A stretch of 64,000 nucleotides of DNA from contig NEEC01000007.1 in assembly GCA_002189035.1 (NCBI GenBank), positions 434,001-498,000 on the forward strand, given 5' to 3'. Source of the DNA: Utricularia gibba (Eukaryota > Plantae > Magnoliophyta). Below, piece after piece: positions 12,311 to 25,500 of this stretch. Under the pieces are notes generated by a model. That model worked only from the letters and a program-made list of their open reading frames with translations, was not told where the DNA came from and made no database searches. Position 1 is the stretch's first letter. Every line of letters starts with the position of its first letter. A program made the position numbers and the translations under genes.

Positions 12311-13094
12311 ATCCTCCAAATTCACAAAAATATCCTCCAACGAACGACTCACTATCCCCCAGAAACCACTATATCGAGAAACCTCAACAAAGCTAGACGA
12401 GAGCAGGTGAAGCAGACCCACGATGATAGGAACGGCTGAACCCAAAACACGCAGTGTGTGTGTATTCAGTGGCGAGAGGAGAGAGAAACAAAAAAGAAGA
12501 AAACATCGGATCATTTATTTTTTTAACCTTTTCCCCCCACAATATTCATTTAATTAAGAGTAAAATGCAAGTTGGATTTCTTAAAAAACAAAAGAATAAT
12601 CCCAATTTTATAATTTTTTAATAGTAAAATCGTGTAATAAAAAAAGATTCAAAATAGCTGTACGAGATAGGCGGGTTGTCCGTATCCCAAGAATGCGAGA
12701 GCGGGCGCGCAAGAGTCGGATACGTAACCGCTGTGTGTTTGTGTAAGGATTCTCATCCCAAAGGTGTCGCAGGCAGAGTGATGGATCCCGAAAGAGGCCA
12801 AGTTCGGCGATTGTGTGCGAGGGGCGGCCCCCTGGACAATTTGCCAGCAGGAGTCTATAACAGGGTGAAGGTGATTGATGCGCCGCGATCCTTGCAGCAG
12901 TTATGTAGGAAAAAGAGAGTCGTAGAGGAGGAATTATTGTGTCTCCGCGATGTCTCCCTCCACAGCTTGAAGACAAATGCATAAGCCTCCCTATTCAGAC
13001 CGCCAAACAGCCCCACATGCGAATTAAATGTAATGAGGGAGACAGACAGATGGTGGCCTCAAGGATTCTTTCTTTCTACCTGCTGAGTCTGGAA

Positions 13095-15836
13095 TCAGGA
13101 TGCTGTGGCATACGGGTTGCGGCCGCAGCGGTCGCAGATGTGGGAATTGGCGTGGGATGGCGGTTTTGGGGTCTGCTGCTGCTTCATCTGCGGGAGATCG
13201 AGCTCCAGGACATGGCGCAGTGCTTGGGAGCCCTGCTGTAGCTCCTCCAGGCTGAAAGAGGAGGAGCTGGTGAGTGGGTTGCGATCATGGTGATGAGGGA
13301 AGCATCACAATTTACAGAATTAATCACTATTACAGGAGCATCATGATGAAGACAATTCTCTGTTTTCATGGAGGTGCAAGAAGAGTGACGTAAACAGGCA
13401 CAGTATGTGTTACCTTATGGACAAAGGAGGCGTTAGTCGGATGATGGAATCATGAGTGGGCTTGGCGAGAATTCCCCTGTCCTTGAGCTTCAGGCAGACG
13501 TCATATGCAGTTACGGGAAACAATGACTTGCTGTTCAGCTCAACAGCAAGGAACAAGCCCCTGCCTCTCACTTCTTTCACAATGTCAGGGAACTCGCTCT
13601 GAATGTTCACCAGTTGCTGCTTCAGAACCGATCCCATTTCAGCTGATCTACATGGGAATGTGTACCAAAGAAACGTCCTTTAGATGTCAAATCCACCGAG
13701 GAAACATTCTATTACAACCCAACTCAGCTTATAAAACCAATGGGATCTCAATTTCATTCTGGAGGAAATGAAGATGTGATCACCTTTCAGCCAGTCTCTC
13801 TTCTCTTATGACATCAAGGGATGCAATCGCAACTGCACTGGCCAAAGGATTTCCTCCGAAGGTGCTAAGAGGCATATGTGATCTTCTTATTCAAATTTTC
13901 ATGGTTTGAAAACATGATATGATATTGCTGACTAACCTTCCGTGCTCCCAGGCTTAATGCAGAGCATGACATCTCTGTTTGCCAGAACTGCACTCACGGG
14001 CAATACCCCACCTCCTAAAGCCTTTCCTAATATCTGGAGAATGAAACCATACAAAATATGAAGGTCACTGAAATCAGCAAAAGCCATGTAGCACAACGTT
14101 TTGTACTTGATGATCAAAGATGACCATGAAAATATATGGAGTTTCCCATCATAAAATCTTTCAGCCACCACGAACGCCTTTGCAGAATATGTTACCACCA
14201 TGAATTTTCATTAACGTAGAGTGGATTTGCAGAACGTTAATGATCAAAGAATGTTTTCTTACAACAATATCAGGCCGGACATTTTCCCAATCGCATGCCA
14301 GGAGCTTTCCAGATCGTGCCAAGCCGCTTTGTATTTCATCAGCAATCATGAGAATGTTATGCTTAGTGCAAAGATCTCTGACAGCCTTCAGGTAACCATC
14401 TGGAGGAACAATAACCTGCAAAAAAGGGGAAAACAATTGGTGAGATTTCAAATTTGGAAAGATTCAGCAGAAGGACAAAACACACAAAAGAATCAGTTTG
14501 CATACCCCTGCTTCTCCCTGAATAGGTTCAAAAAGGAAGCCAGCTATTCGATCTCCCTTCTCTAGCCATGCCAAAAAACAATAAAAAAAAAGTCACTCAA
14601 GGTTTATGGAATTGTTCTAGCTTCGAAGTGGCCTAAGAACAAGGTATATTCATAGCAATCCTAAAAAAAAAGTCGCTCAAGCTTTCTTATTACTAGCTTG
14701 ACATGAAACAAAAAAAAAAAAAATTCACACCTTCGAAAGTTCTTTTCAGACCATCAATATCCCCGAAGTCAACCTTGAGTTGTCCCGGCAGCAGGGGCCA
14801 GAATTCACGAGTTGCCTCGTTGTCACAGCTCATAGATACAGCCGCTAGAGTCCGACCATGAAAACAGCCACAGCATGAAACAATTAAGGACTGCACAGGA
14901 ACATGGGAGCCTTTGAAAACTAGTAAAATGGCATTGACAACATTAGCAAAATGGAGTCACTCCAGATAACTGCAAACCTCATCTCTTGGAATTTTTTTCT
15001 TCAGATACCCCCACTTCTTACACAACTTTAAAGCCGTTTCTACACCTTCAGCACCTGTGTTCATTGGAAGCACCATATCATACCCCAGCATGAGTGTGAG
15101 ACATTCTGCAAATACCGGGAAACTGTCATTATAGAAGGCTCTAGAACTGAGAGTAAGCTTTTGTGTTTGCTCCGCCATTGCTTTCACGATCTTTGGATGA
15201 CAATGGCCCTGAGGTGAACCATTCAAAATTAAAACCTTCAGACAAAGGGATTTGGCACGATATTTGGATGCAAACATAAAGTTTGCGGAAGAAAAGCATT
15301 TGATCATTGGTGCCATGCATTATTTTAAAGAAAGAATCGGAAACCCAATCATCAACATGGTGATATTCAACATTACCAGATACTGACTGCCACCATTACC
15401 TGATTCACTGCGGAATAAGCTGATAGAAAGTCTACATATTTGTTGCCCTCTGGGTCCCAAACAGATGACCCTTGGCATGAGAAAAAACTACAGGAATAGG
15501 GTGGTAGCTGCATCGTTGTCAAAGCTTTCATGAATATCATCATTAGAGCAGAAAGACAAATAAAAAAGGTAGTCTGGACAAGATAAAAACCATTCATTTC
15601 ACAGATGCCACCTAAAAATCTCATTTTGCCTCTACAACCAAAAAAAAAAAAAAAAGAAAAACAGAGAAGGAAGGCATAGTGAAACGCGAGAATCACTTGT
15701 GGGCACTGCACTGAGACTCCAGGTTTATGAGACGCTCCGAAGCGTGCGCTGAACAACTGCCTTCTGGAACAACGCTGAATCGTCTCGCCCGTCGAATTCC
15801 ATCCAACAAACCCCTCCAGCATTTCATCGACGCCAT
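13095..15836 (-). CDS. OAT: Ornithine delta-aminotransferase, mitochondrial, multi-exon; two apparent -1 frameshifts in this assembly
   Basis: [53 protein letters not shown] (PLP lysine), TFGGNPLA, C-terminal CDRCGRN; frame breaks near 15470 and 13948. Confidence 0.93.
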
Positions 15837-17601
15837 GTCTCTCCCAAGATGGCGAACCCCCCACAATCTTATCCACCCCTCCAAAAAAAGGAAATCCAAC
15901 AGACAAAAAATCGATCCGCGCGGTAAGTTAGGCACAAAACTTTCCCGTTTTGCCGAGCCGTTGACACCACCGAATGGGAAGCAGCTCAACAGCTGAGAAT
16001 GAATAAGACAGCGAACAAGACGCCCATATTACCGTCTTATCTTTTTTGTTTCAAGTGCACGAAAAAGATCAATGCTTTCTTTTTTTTTTGGTGGATTTGA
16101 TATCCGGTAAACAAGCCGCCATGTTCGTTTCATAATCTCGACTTAAACGCAGTACGAGATATATACAGTCGAACAACACAATAAAGTACATTTGGAAAAA
16201 CATGAGACACCTACCATCACAATAAAGTAGGATATCATTGCTCAAGCTCGGGAGCGGCGGCGGCGGCATTGGGGCAGCCGATTCTTCACAAGGGCTTTAA
16301 CACGAATACCATCACAAAATTTCAGCACAAAAAACTCAACCTGAACTGCACACTGTTGGAAGCTAAGGGTTGCAAAGAGGAGATCAATGTGCAAATGAGG
16401 AAGGCTACTTTGTAAGGTTGGAGGATCTCGATTTCACAACACGATGTTACTAGAATCCCACTATTCTACGCACGCATATCATGACTCTTTGTTACATATG
16501 CTGAAGGACAGATTCAACCAGCATACAGGTAGTTATCCACTAGCTTTTCTGGAGCATGGCGTTGAAAACCTGCATTCTACTCAACTGAAGTTCCCTCATT
16601 CGCAGTCCCTATAGGAAATACATACCACTACAACCCATGCCATGAAAAGGGGGGATAGGGGAGGGGCAGCTGGTATAGGCAGAGGAGCGGGGGAGTGTTC
16701 CTGAAAACTCGGTCAAAACTGTTTATCAATTGGTTGCAACTAAAGAACGCAGCTTCAAGAAAACAGATGGCATTACAGTGTAACGGGATATGTTAAAAGG
16801 CAATAGGAAATGCAAACAGTTTCGGCAGAAAAGCAAACACGGATGGTCAGTATATGTGGTGATGAACTCCTCAAACTATAATGAAGATGATGACACTGTT
16901 TTTTCTAAGGAACAAAAGTATACGCCTACAAGTTTTGACGTGCAGCTAAAAATATTTTCATGTATAAGAGACCATGAAATGGAGTGTATAACTAATAACT
17001 AGACACTAGTTTCTAGTAAAATGGAGTAAAACTACTGATACTTCAGATTGCATAGTCTTTTACTCCTAAAGGCAGGAAACACGTTAAACGGAAATGCAAA
17101 GCAACAGGGAAAAGTTAAAAGGCAAGAACAGACAAACAGATTAATTGTGGGAAAAAAAATAGGAGATTTGGTAACCGACAGGAGATGCTGAGGAATGCAA
17201 GAAAAATGACTTTAAACAAACACAGCATCATTTTCGCAGATCAGCAGTAAGCAAGGAGAAAAACATAAAAGGATTCATACATTATGATATGGAACAGAAA
17301 AACCGCATTCAATCCAGCAGATGAAATGTTGGGAAAAGATCGGCAGAGGGAAACTAGGAAGAGAAGAACTTTTAGCTCTCATATAACGATGCCGTTACCC
17401 TGGACTCAACAGCAGAAACCCAGTTCAATCGAGCATGCTGTCAAGCCCCCAGAAGCAACTTCATAAGTACCCCTAGGAGAGATGAGACTACTCAAAGAGG
17501 TATCAACCCTGCAGAAGGAGCCTAAGGGAATGATGGGGAACTAAAATATTTCATTAGAGTCAGATATCATCTAGCCCCAACATCAGAGCCACCAAACCAC
17601 T

Positions 17602-20562
17602 CTCATAGCTTAGGTGGCCATAATGAATGCCTGAATTAAGTTTTCAGCGGCTCTCTTTTCCTCATTGGTCCCAGATATCAGTGCAACACGATCCCCACGG
17701 GAGGACCGAGAATCTGAAACCTCAATAGCCGCTCCAGATATCTGAAAAAGGAATACAAACATAAATCAGAAAATTAAGAATAAGTCTTCCTACGGGAAGC
17801 TCAAACAAATAGAGAATGCTTTCCTAAATAAGAAATATATCATCGATAATGCGTCACATACACAAACCAAATGCATGCCTGAAGCCTTTCTCAGATAAAA
17901 ATACCTTGCGGATGTTCTCAATGTTCGTGCCACCTTTTCCCATAACTTTACTAACCGCATTTGCAGGTATAATCATTTCCAAGGTTGATGGCGGAGGAAA
18001 TCTAAATTTAAAGCAGTATGCAAATTTATATAGCTATTAAACAAACAGAACAACAAAACTTCAGTATGGAGACGAGCTACCTTGAATAAAGTGTTGACGA
18101 GCTTGAAATTGCCCCATATGCATCATCCCCCTGGTTAATAGAATACACATAACGAGAGAGACTAGATTAGGAACCAGGTGATAAATGAACAAACACTCGA
18201 AGATTCACAGCAGAAACTCCATATCGAAGCGAATATTTTCATTTTATAGCTAGACACAAATCAGTTCTATGAAGAATTGTAAAAATGAAACTATCAAAAG
18301 AAATGACCAGATGACCCCACAAAAAACCATTCAGATATCAAAATCACCTTGGATTGGTTTACATTTACTCATACCCTCACTGCGTTTTCTTCCCATTGCA
18401 GACTATGAAGATGCATAGTATCATATCTCCAAATAAGTAACAACTATATTTAGTGAAGTAAATTGCAGTGAACTTTTCAAATAACTAAAACGCAATACTG
18501 CATCTCTTAAACAAACAAGTGCTCCAGATTCTCATACAACCAAGCAGATCTTAGCAGCCAGAATGCAGTACAGCATACCTGCAAGGAGCCATATCCATAA
18601 TGACCGGAGGAAAGCAAACCCAATCCAGCTGCAGTATCAGTCCTATGCTCGTAATTCATTGGAGCACCAGATACCATGCTACGCAGCATAGATGGCATAG
18701 ATATGGCTTGACCACTACCATATAATGGCTCAACACTAGCAGAGGACTTGTCAGCCCCATCTCTATCCTTAAGCACATCCTCTCGGAGGTTCAAAACTAT
18801 CTGAACAAGAGCATCTCTCACACTTGCAATATGTCCTCTTATCTGCCAAAAATGCCATATCCATAAGGTATGTAGCACCAGTTACATTAAATGTTGCAAC
18901 AAAACAGAAATAGTCAATTTACCTCAACTAATTCATCATCTTCGTGAGCACACTTAGGCTTTTTGCCTTTTGAAATCATAATATCCGCTTTAGTTCTTTT
19001 CCGGATTTCATTGATGATTGAGCCACTTTTCCCAATGATACAGCCGATTACCTTTGAAGGAATGAGGAGGCGCATTGTTGCAGTTTCATCATCTTCACCA
19101 TGCATCTTCCCTTGCAGGAGTAAAACAGCTTCAACAGCCACAGATCTTGCATTATCTTTTGACTGCCAACGGAAAATATTTTGGGGATCTTACACAGAGA
19201 TGATTGAAGCAATAAACCCATATGAACATATGAGATCAAACTCATGGTAAATGACAAAGTTTGGCATGAACATATGAAACAGTGAAAGAATTCTGAATTA
19301 CCTCTTTGGAAATCACAGTGACGATACATTCATCATAGTTGGCTTTTTGATCCCCAATCTCAATATATGCACCACTATCTTGCCGTATATTTCTAATGGT
19401 ATTCCCACCTTTGCCAATTACACGTCCAATCTTGCTAGTTGGACACAACAATTTAACAATCAACTCCTCAGATCGTGATGCCCCGAAAAACCAGAGAAGA
19501 GTGGAAGAGCAGAAGAATACACAGGCCACGTGCTACTAGAGTTGGCATATCCAGAAATATCTGCCGCATGAGAAGAACCTAGAAGAGAAGGAACTGATCT
19601 ATCCAGCTCACTAGGAGCTACACTAGAATAAAGTCCATTTGCAGGGTACAAGGGCATATCAGATGGAATGATGATGCTTGGCAGTGCATTTGGAATAGAT
19701 GTATCAAGCGGGATGCTTTCCTTGGCAGCAAATCTAAACATGATCGTGGAAACAGCAAAAAGTGCTCTCTTCACAGCCTCTGACTCGCCAGATATCTATC
19801 AAGTGCTTAATTATCAGTATCAAGACATGGCCCAATCCTTTAAAAATGTAGTACAGTTACATGATGCGATTGTAACTAAGAAGAAAAACTCTAAGACGCA
19901 AATTATCAGCATCAATTCAATTAAGAGGTCTGAAGTATTACTTCTATGGAGAACAAACTAACCAGGACAAAATTGTCAAACTCCAAGGCACAAGAATGAG
20001 CCGGATCGGTGACATCCTTAGAAATGACTCTGACGATTGCCTTTGTCCTGGTTCTAATTTTCTTAATGGTAGCACCAGCTTTCCCTATAATATTAGCAGC
20101 CTGGCTAGATGGAACAAGGAGATGGCATTCTTCCTTTTCTTTATCCCTCCCTTTTATGTCAGGGTCTCTAAGCAAATCAGAAGAATTTGCGATAGCAGCA
20201 TGCACCTTTAATAGTGCATCTTGCGCAGCACAAAGAGGTTTGCTCGCGTTGAATTCAGCATCAACTTCAATATCCTCTTTTCCCCGAGCATGACAAAAAA
20301 TTATAATGATCCTATCTTTTGATCCGGGAAATGGATCCACAACTTTAACCTTCGCCCCTGAGTCTTGCCGAATTGAATTTATCACCTTACCATTCTTCCC
20401 AATAACACTTCCAATAATTCCATCGGGGCAAAGAATCCTATAAACTACGAGTTCATCACCCCCTTTATCTTCTCTATAATTTTGCCTATCATTTCTCCTC
20501 TTATGGGTTCTATTATCTGCATCATCCCAGTATGGTCTTGCGCGCTTCCCAAACTCACCCAT
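17602..20562 (-). CDS. Multi-KH-domain RNA-binding protein (HEN4/PCBP-like, five KH domains); one apparent -1 frameshift
   Basis: Repeated GxxG KH loops (IGKNG, IGKAG, IGKGG, IGKSG, MGKGG), AQDALLKV motif, end AAENLIQAFIMATKL*; frame break near 19481-19490. Confidence 0.92.
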
Positions 20563-21119
20563 GGAACAGGCTTTCCCTCTGTAAATTGAATAATCGCAAC
20601 GTAGAATTAAAACCCCAACAGCTTAACCAGTTTTATTGTTCATAAAATAAAAAAGGAAACCATTAGCACAACTCCATGGGGGATAAAAACACTATCTTTC
20701 GCTCAATTCCTATGTACACAAGATTTTATACTGAAAAAGATCCAGAATTGATCAAGAAACCCATCAATTCACTACGGAATTACACAAAAAATAAAACAGA
20801 AAACGCAGAATACTTGAACACAAAGTATCAACACAATAAATCAACTAAAAACAAAACTATAATACTTCTGCCAAATATATCATAAAGCGAGTAAAAGTGT
20901 GCCAAACACCACACACAAGAAACAAGAAACCAAATTCAGCCCCACCCATCCCCGGCCAAAAGTGAATACAGCCGCTTCCCCTAGAATTCTAAACCAACCG
21001 CATACCAAAATGGAGCCCAAATCCAGTCAGAATTTCAGCCTCCCTGTTCTTGTTTTTCTTCGTTGCAATTGGAAACTTTGTAGCAATCAATCGCTGATAC
21101 GATGTTGGGCATGATAACA

Positions 21120-21240
21120 GAGCCTGTGGGCTGATGGGCCTTACGGGCCCAAACCATTTAACAAACACCACTCCAACAACAAATTATACCATTTGACCCA
21201 AATACTATGTCTATTAAAAGGGCCCACATTTACGCGGGAG
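21120..21240. promoter_or_regulatory. Short bidirectional promoter between the KH gene and NAA38, with site II / TCP-type motifs
   Basis: TGGGCT, TGGGCC, GGCCCA and GGGCCCAC clustered between head-to-head genes. Confidence 0.6.
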
Positions 21241-21731
21241 GCATTTCCCCTGCAATTAATTGATTTAGGGCTTCGAAATCGCCGGCGGGCTCGGAGTTGA
21301 AGAAGCTCGACGATTCGCCGGGTGGAAGCTGCGGCCTTTATCGTCCTTCGGGTGTCGTGAATCTTGGTGATCGGCCTCTCTGGAAGATTTTCTTCTACAG
21401 GTACTGAAATTTTCGTTCAAGGTTATCTTGCGGAAAATTTCACTTGCCCTGTTTAGCTGACATCTAGTTCCCAAATTCTTTTGAGATTTCGCAATTGGTG
21501 CTTCGGATTGGTAATAATTCAATGATCTGGTTTCAGTTGATGAATTTATTCTCGTATGGGTTCTTATAGATGGTCTCACGTTCAAGAGACACTGTTTGTG
21601 ACTAGTACGAAATGGCTTTTCTAATGTGATTCCTTTCCTTCATAGGGGCTATGGCCGTGCGAGTTCTTTTCCGATCAACGGATCTGTCCCCATAGTTTAT
21701 CAACGTTTGCAATTTTCCCTTCCAGTGAGTG

Positions 21732-22088
21732 ATGGAGGCAGAAGAGGAATCATGGGCCTCTTTGGATAGAGGGGAAGGCTCTGTTTCAGCCATCACAGAA
21801 CCCTCAATATACATTGCAGAGACGAAGAAACTGATGCATCGCCAAATGCTGATAGGAATCAAGGATGGAAGGTTCTTTGTAGGATCATTCTACTGCATGG
21901 ATAAACAAGGTAACATCATTCTCCAAGATGCGGTGGAGTATCGTAGCATGAGACGAACCTCGCCGTCTCCCATGGAGCATCGCGGGGTCGGCCTCATTCT
22001 TATTCCGCCGGCCTGTCGAATCTCTTGTCATGCCGATTCCTCCATTGAGGAGCAACTCTCTCTTCTGTCCCTTGTGAATGAAAACTAG
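21732..22088 (+). CDS. NAA38: Sm-like protein, NatC auxiliary subunit (MAK31/LSMD1-type)
   Basis: Sm fold: MLIGIKDGRFFVGSFYCMDKQGNIILQDAVEYR ... RGVGLILIP; probable 5' UTR intron from about 21401. Confidence 0.8.
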   Translation: MEAEEESWASLDRGEGSVSAITEPSIYIAETKKLMHRQMLIGIKDGRFFVGSFYCMDKQGNIILQDAVEYRSMRRTSPSPMEHRGVGLILIPPACRISCHADSSIEEQLSLLSLVNEN

Positions 22089-22241
22089 CTTCCAATTGAT
22101 CCGATACTTGGGCTTTCCGGCAGTGGCCCATTATACATGGGCCTGGTATGACGAAATATTTACTCGAATTTTAAAAATATATATTTCTCCAGCAACAACC
22201 TTTTTATGTACATAAAGTGTAAAGACCCTTTTGCCCATTGG

Positions 22242-22510
22242 CAACGTGTAAACCGCCTGGGCCACAGCTAACCAATCGGATACTCCTCGCGTTGTCCACG
22301 TGCGCTGGGGGCACGTGGGTCTGCGACACGTGGCAATGGTCAGAAAAGATGCCCCCGAGGAAATTGTAACACACCACCAAATTGGTAAGAAATAGTTCAT
22401 TTGGACTGTGTCCAGACGTGGCCTACGCTGTAGACGTGACAGGCTAGGGGGCACCCGGTTAACCCATGCACCTAAATCCATGTACATGTCCCAATGGACA
22501 TTGACGTGCA
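22242..22510. promoter_or_regulatory. Dense ABRE/G-box cluster between convergent NAA38 and NCED 3' ends
   Basis: ACGT-core boxes at 22244, 22297 (CACGTG), 22312 (CACGTG), 22327 (ACACGTGGC), 22415 (GACGTGGC), 22433 and 22503; CCAAT at 22272. Confidence 0.55.
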
Positions 22511-23331
22511 CTTTTGTAGTAAAGAAACATATCTTGTACGCCGCACCAACATGCCTTAACTGAATGTGGACAACTACAACGTCCGGTAAGATGGGCGCAC
22601 GTTATAAACTAACATATCCCCGCCATTCACTCAATCCCCATCACACCCTGAGAAGCTCCACGTTGTTGCCCCAATCAAAAGTCCTACTTCTTATTGTGAG
22701 TGGTGCGTTGCCTCGTGTTACTTGAAAAGGTATAGAATCTCAATTTATATTTTATCTTAAATATTTAGTATTTTTTAAAATATTATATCACATCACATAC
22801 GTAATATCTGAATTTAACAAGGATCAGATGGGTGGAACGAACAACATGGTTTAGGTTGGTTATGGTATGAAAAAAAGAGGTTCCAATGTTGTGAGTGTGA
22901 TGGAGTTTAGTGATGTGGAAGGAGGGATAAGCGTTATTAAAATCCTTTGACGGGGCCTTTCACCTAACTCATAATAACACAACTTTACATGCCCTCCATG
23001 AACATTGCCCACCTTTCCAACCGCAGGTGGTGGGGTTTGAGTTCTATAATTGTTCAGATAGTATTCCAAAATTGACCATTGTATTCTTAATATGTATGAA
23101 ATAATATGAAAACTAATTTGCCTATAATCCTGGTACAATTAGGGTGGAGCCGAACTCTGATTGGCCAGCGCTTAATTAGGGTGGTGGTAACATGATTAAT
23201 GATGAAATGGAATATAATAATAATAAAACCCTAAAGTGGAAAAAAGCAGAGACGGGGAGAGTGGCGGCGGGACAGTCCTGCAAAATCTTTCCTGTTTCTG
23301 TTGTTGTTACAGATGGGTTGGTTTGGGTCTT

Positions 23332-25103
23332 TCAGGCTTGGGTTTCCAGCATCTCCGAGGGGATGAAGGTTCCGTGGAAGCCGTAAGGAACGCGGGAAGG
23401 GAGCTGGACGGAAGCTTCCATGGCTAAAGTCTTGGCGTTCACGATTTGGAACTCTGAGATCCCACTGGTTTCGTCATGCACGAAGCCCAGAATATGCCCA
23501 TCGTCTTCCCTGCCCGATCCCTTACCGCTTGGCAGAAAGAAGGGCTCCCCGCCGAACCTTCGGTTGCCATACATGTACTTCTCCACGTCTCCGGTGGATA
23601 AATCGACTTTGGCGAAGCCGGAAACTTTGGGCCACGGCTCTGCAATCGCTAAGTAAACGTAACGGGTTTTCCGGCCGAGGAGATTCCGGTTCACCATTCC
23701 GGCTTCTAGATTGATCTGCTCCGCGGGAGCGATGATGGGGCGGCGTGTCGACTGGCGGGTGGTCAAATTCAGGCGAATCTCCGACAACACGCTGTTCAAT
23801 TTCTCATCGCATTCGTTGAAAATCGAATCCGCCGGCGTCATGCAAGAGCCGATTACCACGACTTCGTTGGTCTCTGGCTCCTCCCAAGCGTTCCAGAGAT
23901 GGAAGCAGAAGGTGTTGGGGCAATCGATCCAGATAATGTCGTCGGATTTTGCCGCGTTTTTCGACAAGATTCCGAATCTTGATGCTTTATCCTTGTCGTA
24001 GATTACAGGGGACCCCCTTTGATCATTTCTTGCAGCTTGAAAACCAATTGGTGATCGGGGATCACAACGAAGTTTTCGGTTATGGCGAAATCGTGCATCA
24101 TCGTCGGAACATCGAGTGGGATTTCGACGTCGGGGGACTTCTCGCCGTCGGCAGAGAATTTGAAATACCTCAGATACGGTTTCTTAACGACGTCGTAGCT
24201 TAAAGCGAACATTTCTCCGGAAACAGGGTCTACTTTCGGGTGTGCAATCATCGTACTTTGTAATTGCTCCTCAAAATTGTATCTTCCGACGGTCTCCATG
24301 TCGCTGGAGGAAGAGATTCTCACCTGATAAGGTAAATCGTCTTCCGACATCGCTAATAGCCGCCGGTTGAAATAGATGACTCCAGCGTTTGCCACCCCTA
24401 TTCCACGGCGGTGATCGACCAATCCGAACAATCCCCTGCCGTAAAATAGCAGCAGCCGCACGATGCCCAGATGGCCGTGGAGTTCTCCGATGGCTTTTGG
24501 GAAAACCGGCCGGCCCAATTCGCTCTCCTGCATCAGTCTCTGTGTCTCCGTGAAGCGGCACGAGTAGCTGACAGAGTTTCCGCCGGAAAAACTAACGGCG
24601 TGAAGCATTCCATCCCCGTCAAACAAGTGGTGCCCGCCGAGTGGCTCGTAAAGTGGGTTAGCTCCGTTTCGAACATAAACACCGTTAATGCACGCCGGAA
24701 TCACTCCGTTAACGTGTAAATTGTGTTTCACCGGTTGCGCCTGCACCGGCCCGTAGTTCCCCGAAATCTGAATTCTGGGATCTGCAGTTTTGGGAATCGG
24801 GCGTTCCGCTTCCCACGAAAGGAGCATGTTTTCGATAGCGTCGAAGGCTCCCGCCGCCACTCGCTGCAACAAATTCCAGTGACCCGGCGGCGAAGTCACA
24901 GCTCGGAACCCACTTCCCCCCACCGGGAAACCACGATCAACAGCAGAAACAGTTCCAAATTCTCTCCGTTCCGCGTGTTTCTCAATGGAATTGAAGTTTG
25001 AGAAGCGCAGATTGGCCGGCGGTGATTCCGAGAAGCATCTACCTCTCCCCTGCGGCTTCCGGAGAGTCGATTGCAATACGCAGTAAGAACAAGAAGCCGC
25101 CAT
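23332..25103 (-). CDS. NCED: 9-cis-epoxycarotenoid dioxygenase, intronless; split by a -1 frameshift at 24013-24017
   Basis: Transit peptide, WNLLQRVAA amphipathic helix, [19 protein letters not shown], and four Fe-ligand His motifs (MIAHPK, TMMHDF, FCFHLW, PYGFHG) spread over two ORFs. Confidence 0.95.
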
Positions 25104-25430
25104 TTCAATAGCAGCGACCTGAGAACTCCCACCAAGTGTGAAAGAACAGTGCGAGTAGCTTGTGAGGAAGAACTGCAGGGGGAGTGGAGTTTTAATAGAA
25201 CTTTCAAAGGGGCTAAATTATAATTTCACCAAACTTTAAATATTTTAATTACTTAAATTATTTAAAACCATTTTTTACTTTTCGAATGTGATTAGCGTTG
25301 CACATTGTAATACATTAAAATCCTTTTTTTTTAAATTCAATATTCCTCATTAAACTACTACATAATAACATTAATAAAAAGAATTCCTATTTCCGATTTG
25401 GAAATTCGGTGGTACCCCACCTAGGTCAGA

Positions 25431-25500
25431 CATGACGTTTTTCCCGGTACACCACGTGGAACACTCATATTATTCCACGTGGCAGTGTATCACACGTCAT
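25431..25500 (-). promoter_or_regulatory. ABRE/G-box group in the NCED promoter
   Basis: CACGTG at 25453 and 25476, ACACGTCA near 25492, TGACGT near 25433; about 350 bp upstream of the ATG. Confidence 0.65.

Noticed and set aside
12311-12514. In-frame N-terminal extension of the F-box ORF (452 aa call)
   Set aside because: Low-complexity leader-like sequence; family homology starts near MGSMLPD at 12310.
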